From positions 33,887 through 97,886 of IMG/VR virus record IMGVR_UViG_3300025684_000015: a stretch of 64,000 nt of DNA, one strand, 5' to 3'. Position 1 is the first letter of the stretch, and every line of letters starts with the position of its first letter. A program made the position numbers and the translations under genes. The notes below the pieces were generated by a model. It had not been told where the DNA came from. It ran no database searches and was given only the letters and a program-made list of their open reading frames with translations. Positions 18,603-26,284 of this stretch are shown piece by piece. The stretch comes from a virus.

Positions 18603-19058
18603 TCACATCTCTTTTATCACACCAATGTGATTATCTTGTTCTGTGCCAGAAATGGTTTGGAATCCATTCTGTAATGCCCAATCTAATTTACTTATTTTCA
18701 TCCAACCAAACATTTTTAGATAATTTGACCAATGTTTTTCATAAGCTTCTTCTAAAAGAAGAGCGCCTAATCCCTGATGTCGCCATTCTTTACGAATATT
18801 TATAGTACGAAAACGAATGGTAGATATATCCCACTCATATAATTGAGTAACTCCTATAATCCCATCAAAGTCTACTTCAGGATGTCGATCATATAGCCCA
18901 TAACATTTGGATATAGGATTATCTATACTAGAACGAAATGGCCCTAATTGGCTAACCAGTTGTCTATAGTTTTTATTGGGATCATTGAAGTGATCTACTT
19001 CTTTCCAATATTCTACAATTTGATCAAAGGAGATCTCTTCAACTTCAATTCCATCCAT
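18603..19058 (-). CDS. GNAT family acetyltransferase
   Basis: WRHQGLGALLL acetyl-CoA binding motif A; NGF near C-terminus. Confidence 0.75.
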   Translation of the reverse strand: MDGIEVEEISFDQIVEYWKEVDHFNDPNKNYRQLVSQLGPFRSSIDNPISKCYGLYDRHPEVDFDGIIGVTQLYEWDISTIRFRTINIRKEWRHQGLGALLLEEAYEKHWSNYLKMFGWMKISKLDWALQNGFQTISGTEQDNHIGVIKEM

Positions 19059-19403
19059 TTACGTTTGAGTACCTTTATTTGCTAAAACGTTAGTACTAAA
19101 TTTATCACCAGATGTAATTACACATGTGGTACCACGAGTTTTATTTACTACTATAAATGTCCATGTTAATGTATCATAATTAATCCACAATGAATGAAAA
19201 AGACCTTCACCAGTCGATGTTTCACTAGGTGCTACAAATATAATTTCTTCATCATATTTATTTTTTAAATTTTCTACAATATCATCTGTTTTTCCACAAA
19301 ATATTGGTAGTTGCATTGTGCTCACCCGAGGAGTAGCATCATTAGCAAAAACTAAAGTAGAAGCACAAACGAGTAAAGTAAACATTATTACATATCTTTT
19401 CAT
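19059..19403 (-). CDS. Secreted hypothetical protein
   Basis: Signal peptide, CG...KY.EE...TWT...TC pattern. Confidence 0.65.
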   Translation of the reverse strand: MKRYVIMFTLLVCASTLVFANDATPRVSTMQLPIFCGKTDDIVENLKNKYDEEIIFVAPSETSTGEGLFHSLWINYDTLTWTFIVVNKTRGTTCVITSGDKFSTNVLANKGTQT

Positions 19404-19419
19404 AATGATACTTCCTCTT

Positions 19420-19668
19420 AAAAAAACGAATGGTAGGTTATTCTGTTACTAGGAAACCTACCGAAACCCTATCCGACTATGCTGCTAGAGCGTAATCTTG
19501 AGGAGCAAAGTTATCGTTTGCATTTACTTTTGTGATTCTCCGCTGCCTTCACGTATCTGTCGATCCTATTTCGCCCCCATCATAAGCACACTCAGTAAAT
19601 GTGTTTATGGTGGAGGCGGTGGGTACTGCCCCCACGTCCAGCCTACATCCATCCAGTTTCACTGAATC
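19420..19668 (-). ncRNA. ssrA: Two-piece (circularly permuted) tmRNA, alphaproteobacterial type
   Basis: Acceptor piece ends ...GTGGG-GGCAGTA-CCCAC-CGCCTCCACCA (CCA at 19610-19608); 29-nt hairpin spacer; coding piece starts GGGGGCGAAATAGGATCGAC at 19578; G3.U70 pair; tag ANDNFAPQDYALAA* at 19521-19477; outer ends approximate. Confidence 0.93.
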
Positions 19669-19673
19669 ATTTT

Positions 19674-19681
19674 TATTTATA
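19674..19681 (-). promoter_or_regulatory. T4-type late promoter TATAAATA driving tmRNA
   Basis: Exact motif immediately upstream of the acceptor piece. Confidence 0.7.
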
Positions 19682-19685
19682 CTAC

Positions 19686-19814
19686 TTACTTACAAAGATC
19701 TTCATACTTCGTGGAGTGTACTCTATGTTTTGACATGTCTCTACCTAAATATCCTGGCGTTTTTTCTTTACTATTAAACATTTTAGATAATAACTTAACA
19801 AGTTTTTTGAGCAT
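19686..19814 (-). CDS. 42-aa basic small protein (MLKKLVKLLSKMFNSKEKTPGYLGRD...)
   Basis: GGAGAG RBS, amphipathic N-terminus; below ORF-track cutoff. Confidence 0.5.
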   Translation of the reverse strand: MLKKLVKLLSKMFNSKEKTPGYLGRDMSKHRVHSTKYEDLCK

Positions 19815-19849
19815 ATTTCTCTCCATTTCAGTTAGTATATTGTCGGAAT

Positions 19850-19915
19850 ATTAAGGGTATCCCCCTCTTTCCGGATTAACTCTATTATTATACCACATAA
19901 AAATGTATTTGTAAA
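19850..19915 (-). promoter_or_regulatory. Sigma70-type promoter plus conserved purine-rich leader
   Basis: TTTACA-17-TATAAT then AGAGTTAATCCGGAAAGAGGGGGATACCCTT; similar element at 47819-47884. Confidence 0.7.
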
Positions 19916-19925
19916 CAGTTTTTTT

Positions 19926-19933
19926 TATAAATA
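19926..19933 (+). promoter_or_regulatory. T4-type late promoter TATAAATA
   Basis: Exact motif upstream of the + strand secreted-protein operon; GAGG RBS follows. Confidence 0.75.
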
Positions 19934-19978
19934 AGATTGAAATACAAACTTTTATTATCTATTTTATGAGGATTTAGA

Positions 19979-20533
19979 ATGTTTAAGAAGCTAGCAATCT
20001 GTGCTAGCTTTATTATGTATATATCATTACCGGCAATGGCACAAGAACAAGACGTCATTGTTACTGACTCGACAAGTAATAGCACAGTGACAACGAACGG
20101 TCAAATGACCACAACGGTAAAACAACCACCTCCGTCCGCAATCTCACCACAATTTAGTAGTGGTAGCAATAGTGATCTATGTACTATTGGCGTAGCGGGT
20201 GCTGTCCAAACGCAAATTCTTGGTATCTCTGCAGGTACCACTTACACCGAAAAAAATTGTATCAGATTAAAAAATGCTAAGACTTTATACGATATGGGTA
20301 TGAAGGTCGCAGCAGTGTCTGTCATGTGTCAAGATTCAAAGATCTTTGATGCTATGAATCATGCTGGTACACCCTGTCCATATAATGGAACAATTGGTGA
20401 TGCCGCGCGTCTTGGTTGGGAAACCCACGTTGAGACTACGAGAAAAGAATTAGAAGATTCGGATAATATCAATGTTAAAGAAGCTGCTACTGTTGGTGGT
20501 ATGGGTCTTTTGGCCTTCTTACTGCTACTCTGA
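19979..20533 (+). CDS. Secreted/membrane-anchored Cys-rich protein
   Basis: Signal peptide (AMA), PPPSAISP, Cys-flanked beta-hairpin, AGTPCP, hydrophobic C-terminal tail. Confidence 0.75.
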   Translation: MFKKLAICASFIMYISLPAMAQEQDVIVTDSTSNSTVTTNGQMTTTVKQPPPSAISPQFSSGSNSDLCTIGVAGAVQTQILGISAGTTYTEKNCIRLKNAKTLYDMGMKVAAVSVMCQDSKIFDAMNHAGTPCPYNGTIGDAARLGWETHVETTRKELEDSDNINVKEAATVGGMGLLAFLLLL

Positions 20534-21377
20534 AAGTATTGCCCCGTATCCAGGTCGAACTGGTAATGCCGCTAGTAATGGGCATCAATGGGTAATGAAG
20601 AATATTCTGCCTGACGTCGCAGGGTTGGATATTAATGCAGTTATTTACAATTATACGATTCAAAAGAAAACTGAAGATGCTGCCACTGTGCATATTCAAA
20701 ATGAAAACGCTAGTGGGTCTGGATATATTTTTAGAGAGACTGACGAATGGAGACCAGGATCATTGGGAGGAACTATAATCAATAAAGTCGTTCAAGTGAA
20801 TCCTGGAATTCCAAGAGCCGCATGGGGAGATGGATCTATTGCTGTTGAGGGTGATGGTTCAGTTACTGATGCAAATGTAAGTTATAATTACAGAGTTAAT
20901 CCTTGTTTTGATCCACAGTTTGATCCCAATTGTCCAGGATATGTTGAACCTAAACTGGACATTGAAATACCTACAGTAGATCTAACTACATTATATGACG
21001 CAACTAAAGATGAAAACGTAGATTTAAGTAATGAAGAATTAGTTCTTATACAAGAAAATGACGAGCAGCTAGAAAAAGAAAAAGAAAAAGAAAAGGAAGA
21101 AGCTGAAGAAAAAGTTAGAAAGTACAGATTAGAAAAAGCTTTATCTGCTACTGATGCTTCAGCCTTATTCGCAGAAAATCAATTAATTCAACAAATGAAT
21201 GAAATTGCTAATTTAGCTGTAATTGCTCAAGGATACAATAAAACAATATCAGGCGGCGCATATAAAGAAACTATTGAATTAGTTGATTCTAAATTGCCTG
21301 ATAACGGAACAGGTTTAAGAAATAACTTAGCTCAACAAATATTGCATAATGAATTAGTGGATATGCAATACAAGTAA
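20472..21377 (+). CDS. Secreted protein: beta-sandwich N-domain, CFDPQFDPNCPG linker, helical C-domain
   Basis: Signal peptide; domain pattern read from translation. Confidence 0.7.
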   Translation: MLKKLLLLVVWVFWPSYCYSESIAPYPGRTGNAASNGHQWVMKNILPDVAGLDINAVIYNYTIQKKTEDAATVHIQNENASGSGYIFRETDEWRPGSLGGTIINKVVQVNPGIPRAAWGDGSIAVEGDGSVTDANVSYNYRVNPCFDPQFDPNCPGYVEPKLDIEIPTVDLTTLYDATKDENVDLSNEELVLIQENDEQLEKEKEKEKEEAEEKVRKYRLEKALSATDASALFAENQLIQQMNEIANLAVIAQGYNKTISGGAYKETIELVDSKLPDNGTGLRNNLAQQILHNELVDMQYK

Positions 21378-21411
21378 TATTATGTCACTCTAAACTTATA
21401 GGAGAAAACAC

Positions 21412-21942
21412 ATGAGATATGTGTTCACTAAACAAAAAGTTATAGCATTAAGTGTAGGCATGGGCATATTAGGGTCTGGCTTAACTTATGCTAAGGCAGA
21501 ACAAGTGCCAATTAATGGTATTGTAACATCTAGATGCATTATTCAAACTGACACTGCTGGTGTGTTTGGAAACCCTAATGCGTATACACTAACAACTGCA
21601 CCAGCTGATGGTGGATTACCACCTATTATTCGTTTTGATGTAACTCTAGCTGATGCTTATTATGCAGTAATTACTCCACCAACTGAATTTTCATCTAGTC
21701 CAGCATTACCAGATCAAGTAACGTTTACTGGTAATACAACAGTTGAGGCAGTATCTGATGCAACAGGCATGGGTTCATATGAATCAAATAAAATTCAAAC
21801 TGGTATGACTGACAAATATGATCTCACCGCAACTGGAAGTACATGGTTTAAAACAGCATCTGTCGCAACGATGGGTGGTAGTAAATCATTTCCAGGTGGA
21901 AACTACACAGCACTAGTAACTGCTGAATGTATTGCTCAGTAA
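21412..21942 (+). CDS. Putative fimbrial/pilin-like subunit
   Basis: Signal peptide (AKA), N-terminal I.G.V...C, C-terminal GGNYTALVTAEC resembling chaperone-usher pilin GxY strand; Thr/Ala/Gly-rich. Confidence 0.5.
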   Translation: MRYVFTKQKVIALSVGMGILGSGLTYAKAEQVPINGIVTSRCIIQTDTAGVFGNPNAYTLTTAPADGGLPPIIRFDVTLADAYYAVITPPTEFSSSPALPDQVTFTGNTTVEAVSDATGMGSYESNKIQTGMTDKYDLTATGSTWFKTASVATMGGSKSFPGGNYTALVTAECIAQ

Positions 21943-22360
21943 TAGGATAGTGTTTGTTATGTTAAAAAATATTATATTACCACTAGCAGTATTAGCATTA
22001 TATGCTGGTACTGCTAGTGCGCATGAAATGATTCCAACATATCCAAAGCTAAGTACCGTAGCTATAGATGGTGTGTATAAAACCACTATGAAGATGTTTA
22101 ATAAGCGGGAAGATGTTGAATTTTATGAAATCGGCGTATTCGATAAAGACTTTAAAGAAATACCATTTGTGTCAACTTATAAGATATTAAAAATAAGATA
22201 TCTAAGTCATGTTACTTTTGATGTGTATATTCGAAAAGCTGATTACGAAGCTGCAACATACATTTGTTCTAAAAGTAAATTAAGAAAAGCTAGTGATATA
22301 AGAACTGCTATATCTTCTAGAATATGTTCAAAGTTTCAGCATCAAAGACAAAACAAATAG
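21932..22360 (+). CDS. Putative pilus-chaperone-like periplasmic protein
   Basis: Signal peptide (ASA); P.Y...M.M.N......YEI.V.D pattern reminiscent of PapD N-domain; start probably at MLKNII. Confidence 0.4.
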   Translation: MLSNRIVFVMLKNIILPLAVLALYAGTASAHEMIPTYPKLSTVAIDGVYKTTMKMFNKREDVEFYEIGVFDKDFKEIPFVSTYKILKIRYLSHVTFDVYIRKADYEAATYICSKSKLRKASDIRTAISSRICSKFQHQRQNK

Positions 22361-22786
22361 GTGAATTTTATGAAGTATTTAGCGATAATAATAACCAGTC
22401 TTTTATTTAGTATAGAAGCCATGGCAGAAAATAGTTCACTCAATTTGCAAATGCCATCACCTGGAACTCAATATGGCCAAGATAGTATTCGATCAGGAGA
22501 AATTGATTGTAAAAATGCTATTGGTGGATCAACCAATTTTGAGTTTGGAGTAACAGGAATTATTGACAATTACAATAGTCCTTTCTCTAATGACAATGGT
22601 GCATCTACTAAAGATATTGGCGTATATGCTAGAATTACAATCCCTTTAGATGGACCTAAAGAACGAATCAATTGTAATTCTTTATATGAATTAGAATTAC
22701 GAAAAAAACGAATAGAAGTTTTAAAGCTCCAAGAAGAATTAGAAGCTTTAAAGAAATTAAACGCTCAAAGCGGCTTTGAAAATTAA
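22361..22786 (+). CDS. Secreted protein with Cys-flanked beta-hairpin and C-terminal coiled coil
   Basis: Signal peptide (AMA); C...FEFGVTG...IGVYARITIP...C. Confidence 0.7.
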   Translation: MNFMKYLAIIITSLLFSIEAMAENSSLNLQMPSPGTQYGQDSIRSGEIDCKNAIGGSTNFEFGVTGIIDNYNSPFSNDNGASTKDIGVYARITIPLDGPKERINCNSLYELELRKKRIEVLKLQEELEALKKLNAQSGFEN

Positions 22787-22876
22787 AATGTACTTTATTG
22801 AAGTTTTAAGATGGGCTATAGCCGTTCTAAAACAGAAAAGAATCAAACGAGCATTAAAGCGCTCTAGGAGAAAATA

Positions 22877-23311
22877 ATGTACGAATATAGAGTTAAAGTC
22901 AACAAAGTAGTAGACGGTGATACCGTTGATGTTGATATTGAATTGGGATTTGGTGTTGTGCTATCTGATGAACGTGTAAGAATTATGGGTATTGATACTC
23001 CTGAAAGTCGCACTCGTGATTTAACAGAAAAAGCATTCGGTCTTGCAGCTAAGAAAAGATTGCAAGAACTTCTTGGTGATGTTGCAGTTTTAAGAACACA
23101 AATTGCTAAAAATGGTGAAGATATGAAAGGTAAGTTTGGCCGTGTCCTTGGTGACTTTGTTGCTGAAGATGGTCGAATGATTACCGAAATTATGATAGAA
23201 GAAGGACATTGCGTTCCTTACTTTGGTGGAAGTAAAGAAGAAACTCAGGCTGCACACATGGTTAATCGTGAAAGATTGATTGCCGAAGGTGTAGTTACCT
23301 TAGACGATTAA
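22877..23311 (+). CDS. Thermonuclease (SNase) family nuclease
   Basis: VVDGDTVD, RIMGIDTPE, GKFGRVLG. Confidence 0.9.
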   Translation: MYEYRVKVNKVVDGDTVDVDIELGFGVVLSDERVRIMGIDTPESRTRDLTEKAFGLAAKKRLQELLGDVAVLRTQIAKNGEDMKGKFGRVLGDFVAEDGRMITEIMIEEGHCVPYFGGSKEETQAAHMVNRERLIAEGVVTLDD

Positions 23312-23323
23312 GGAGAGATTCAT

Positions 23324-23536
23324 ATGTATGATTTATATTCTAAAAAAGAAAAAATATATTTCCTTATTTGCGGAATTTTAATGGCTTTAGGATTATCAGT
23401 AACAACTTACTTTTATTTTAAATCTAGAGTTATTTCAATGCAATGGGAACAATCTTTTACAACTCCAAAAGAATACTGGTCAAAAGTTCCAAAATGGGAA
23501 TGGAAACCAGTATTTAAAGAAGACAAATTAGGTTAG
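23324..23536 (+). CDS. Small membrane protein
   Basis: One TM segment, AGGAG RBS. Confidence 0.55.
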   Translation: MYDLYSKKEKIYFLICGILMALGLSVTTYFYFKSRVISMQWEQSFTTPKEYWSKVPKWEWKPVFKEDKLG

Positions 23537-23546
23537 GAGAATTCAA

Positions 23547-24134
23547 ATGCTTACAACAATAATAGATCAATTAGTTAATTTCTGGCAATTTACAATTGTT
23601 GGTATACTCGTACTTATCGGGTTTATTGCTAATCTATTTGGTGTTGATAATGATAAAGAATTGGTTAGCTTTTCATACGAAGAAATGCCTAACATGCGAC
23701 CTATTAAAATAGAAACTGCGGGCAAAGGTTTCTGGGGAGCTATATGGATGTGGTTTGTGGGTGTGCGTCAATGGGAAATTGCTGAAGATTTTAAATATAA
23801 ATTGCAAAATGAAGAATTTGTAATTCCAGCAGGATTTACTTTTGATGGCGCATCAGTACCTAAATTTTTAGCTACTTGGTTATCACCAACTGGGGTATTG
23901 TTAATGGGTGGTCTTATTCATGACTACGCATACAAATATCAAAGACTACTTAAAGTTGATGGTACTACAACGCATCTTATGAATCAAAGACAAGCTGATA
24001 TGATCTTTAGAGACATTAATATTGAACAAAATGGATTCCATTTACTTAACTACTTAGCCTATTGGGCTTTACGTATTGGTGGTTTTGTTGCATGGAATGG
24101 TCATAGAAAAAGAAACGTGCAAATAGGAGAATAA
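23547..24134 (+). CDS. DUF1353 family protein
   Basis: IPAGF.FDGASVP...IHDYAY...ADMIF...ALRIGG. Confidence 0.8.
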   Translation: MLTTIIDQLVNFWQFTIVGILVLIGFIANLFGVDNDKELVSFSYEEMPNMRPIKIETAGKGFWGAIWMWFVGVRQWEIAEDFKYKLQNEEFVIPAGFTFDGASVPKFLATWLSPTGVLLMGGLIHDYAYKYQRLLKVDGTTTHLMNQRQADMIFRDINIEQNGFHLLNYLAYWALRIGGFVAWNGHRKRNVQIGE

Positions 24135-24135
24135 C

Positions 24136-24681
24136 ATGGCAGAATTCGAATTTGCTGGAACCACCTTTCGTGGTGGAAAAATGTTTATGGTTCTTACTGC
24201 TCTATCAACTCTAGGCGGTGCTGCTTGGGGTGGATTCGAATTCTATAATGACTATAGGAATATGAAAGAAATTGTTGAAAACATCGATGTGGATGCAATT
24301 AAAGCTGAAAATACTTTAGTTATTCAAAAGATGGATGAACAAATGATTCGTATTGAAGAAGCTATAGAATATACACGAGACATTAAATCTGGTTTAAGAG
24401 ATGATATTCTTTCGGTTGAAAAGCAAGTAGATCGTATGGAAGACAAAATTAGATCTTCTGAACAAGAAACTCGTGAACTTATAGTAAATGCAGAAGAACG
24501 ATTTGAGGCAAAAAGAGACGCTCTACAAAACGATTATGACCAAAAGGCCAGTCGTCTTGCAGAGCGAAATGATAATACTATAAAAGACCTTGAGACAAAG
24601 GTAGCTCGAGATCTGAAGGACCTTGAAGATCAGTTGACAAAGAAGTTGCAGCGGTCACTGGACAATCCACTTGCGAACTAA
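24136..24681 (+). CDS. Membrane-anchored coiled-coil protein
   Basis: N-terminal TM (LTALSTLGGAAWGGF) then long heptad repeats. Confidence 0.7.
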   Translation: MAEFEFAGTTFRGGKMFMVLTALSTLGGAAWGGFEFYNDYRNMKEIVENIDVDAIKAENTLVIQKMDEQMIRIEEAIEYTRDIKSGLRDDILSVEKQVDRMEDKIRSSEQETRELIVNAEERFEAKRDALQNDYDQKASRLAERNDNTIKDLETKVARDLKDLEDQLTKKLQRSLDNPLAN

Positions 24682-24943
24682 GGTCATGGATATATAACTG
24701 GATGAGTGCATAGTGAAGGACCTTCATAAGGTCTTTCCTTGCATCATCTGGTGATCCTTTCTTACCATAACGTTGAGCATATTTCATAACGTTACCAATA
24801 CAAAATCCAGTACCATGACCACCATCAATAATAAATTCAGTTGCTTGAAATTTGTCAGTTGAATAATGACCTTTATACGTAGAATCAATATATGATTTAA
24901 ATTGGCGAATCAATTCACCTTCATTATATTTGTAGTCTATCAT
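24578..24943 (-). CDS. DUF3310-like (nucleotide kinase-like) protein
   Basis: HY...GFCIGNVMKYAQRYGKK...DLMKVLHY; start reassigned to MIDYKY (AGGAG RBS). Confidence 0.7.
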   Translation of the reverse strand: MIDYKYNEGELIRQFKSYIDSTYKGHYSTDKFQATEFIIDGGHGTGFCIGNVMKYAQRYGKKGSPDDARKDLMKVLHYALIQLYIHDLSSQVDCPVTAATSLSTDLQGPSDLELPLSQGLL

Positions 24944-24944
24944 T

Positions 24945-25262
24945 TTATCTCCTATAAATGTATGCTTTATAAAGTGAAGCATTTTTGATTCCACCGACAA
25001 TATTTCCAAAGTAATCGTAAGAAACCTCGCCTTTTGAATTACAGAATGCATAATGTGGGTGAACAGCTTTCATTTTTTGGTATGGCTTACGACCACGAAT
25101 AACAACTCTCCAGCGATAGTCATCTCCACGCTGTTTATTCCATTCGTTAAATCGCGAAACCATACCTCTAACCATTTGCAATTCTTGCATGTCTTTTTCA
25201 TTATCAGGTGAAAAAGTGCCAACATATGAGTCAGTTGGATAACGTTGTGGTTCAATCGCCAT
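24945..25262 (-). CDS. Hypothetical early protein
   Basis: Start reassigned to MAIEPQ (GGAGG RBS). Confidence 0.55.
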   Translation of the reverse strand: MAIEPQRYPTDSYVGTFSPDNEKDMQELQMVRGMVSRFNEWNKQRGDDYRWRVVIRGRKPYQKMKAVHPHYAFCNSKGEVSYDYFGNIVGGIKNASLYKAYIYRR

Positions 25263-25464
25263 TGTACATACCCTCCGCAATATAAGCAGCATAATCTGCT
25301 AAATCATTACCAATTGTTTCAAATTCCTCAATTGCAGATTCACGCTGTATTGGTTTACTAGCAAATTCTGCACGAACCATAGTCATGAACTGGTCACGAG
25401 GTGTATTATAATTTTCTTGAGCAAATTCTTGCCCCTCAAAAACTGCTTGTCCCATCTTACTCAT
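25252..25464 (-). CDS. Hypothetical early protein
   Basis: Coupled small ORF in early cassette. Confidence 0.55.
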   Translation of the reverse strand: MSKMGQAVFEGQEFAQENYNTPRDQFMTMVRAEFASKPIQRESAIEEFETIGNDLADYAAYIAEGMYNGD

Positions 25465-25648
25465 AATCGTTTCCTTTCATCAATATTATACCTATTATTA
25501 TACAACAAAAACCAGCCAATGTAAAGGCAATAATTTGAGTTAATGACATTGCATTTTCCATACACGCGCCATCACAATCTGATCCCGCTGATCCAAGAAT
25601 AAGAATAAACCCAAAGAAAGCAATTAATCCACCCATCATTTTTGACAT
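25457..25648 (-). CDS. Small two-TM membrane protein
   Basis: Two hydrophobic helices flanking GSDCDGAC loop. Confidence 0.6.
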   Translation of the reverse strand: MSKMMGGLIAFFGFILILGSAGSDCDGACMENAMSLTQIIAFTLAGFCCIIIGIILMKGNDYE

Positions 25649-25860
25649 TACACTTCCTCCACTGTAATTTTATATTTCTTACCATTCATATCTTCAACAC
25701 TAATTGTTTTTTTAGTAGATACGAAATAACCTTTGTCAGGATGTAAATCCATTTGAACTTTTGAAACATCGCTCAACTTGATACGATCGGGATTCATGTA
25801 TTGATCTCTAATCAAACCTTTTTGTACTGCATCTGCAATATAATCACAATAAGCTAACAT
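25648..25860 (-). CDS. Hypothetical early protein
   Basis: 70 aa, ...D.NGKKYKITVEE. Confidence 0.6.
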   Translation of the reverse strand: MLAYCDYIADAVQKGLIRDQYMNPDRIKLSDVSKVQMDLHPDKGYFVSTKKTISVEDMNGKKYKITVEEV

Positions 25861-25871
25861 AACTATCTCTC

Positions 25872-26141
25872 CTAAGAACCTAAAACAATTTCATATGAAC
25901 CATCTGCATCTTTTCTAAAAGCTTCGATAAAATAATGCCAATCAAAGTCGGCCTGAATACGAAGACTATTTGCAGCGCGGATAACATCTGCTTCATCACC
26001 TGAAGACAAAAATGACGATACTTGAGATTTTTCATAGTTGGGATAATCCCCACCTGAAATATAAGTATAAGTGATACGACTACCAGCTGGTGGTAAAGTA
26101 ACATCATCACAAAGTACAGATTCTACAAAGTCATTCATCAT
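25872..26141 (-). CDS. Hypothetical early protein
   Basis: First ORF behind promoter repeat copy 4; start reassigned downstream of AAGGA RBS. Confidence 0.55.
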   Translation of the reverse strand: MMNDFVESVLCDDVTLPPAGSRITYTYISGGDYPNYEKSQVSSFLSSGDEADVIRAANSLRIQADFDWHYFIEAFRKDADGSYEIVLGS

Positions 26142-26150
26142 TGGTTTAGT

Positions 26151-26266
26151 TCCTTTTTTCATTTTATAAGTATATTATACTATACTTTTTAGCCTTTGTA
26201 AACAAAAAAATGCACTTAATTTGAAAAAAAGTGCATTTAGTTTGAGAGGAAAATCAATAACTTAGG
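26151..26266 (-). promoter_or_regulatory. Early promoter/stem-loop repeat, copy 4, with IHF-consensus site
   Basis: Hairpin identical to copy 2, TTTACA-17-TATAAT, AATCAATAACTTA at 26252-26264. Confidence 0.85.
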
Positions 26267-26284
26267 AATTATTTTAAAAAAATA

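Noticed and set aside
7509-19058. Transport island as host DNA or chimeric assembly
   Set aside because: It contains phage late promoters, is similarly AT-rich with tight gene coupling, and its DctP copies are atypical; this cannot be fully excluded without read data
19571-19640. Possible tRNA-Ala (CCA end, T-arm, G.U pair)
   Set aside because: The halves are in permuted order, there is no anticodon arm, and a tag ORF follows; it is tmRNA
23324-24681. Holin/spanin lysis cassette
   Set aside because: No lipobox-bearing o-spanin and no adjacent endolysin; a TM plus coiled coil alone is insufficient evidence
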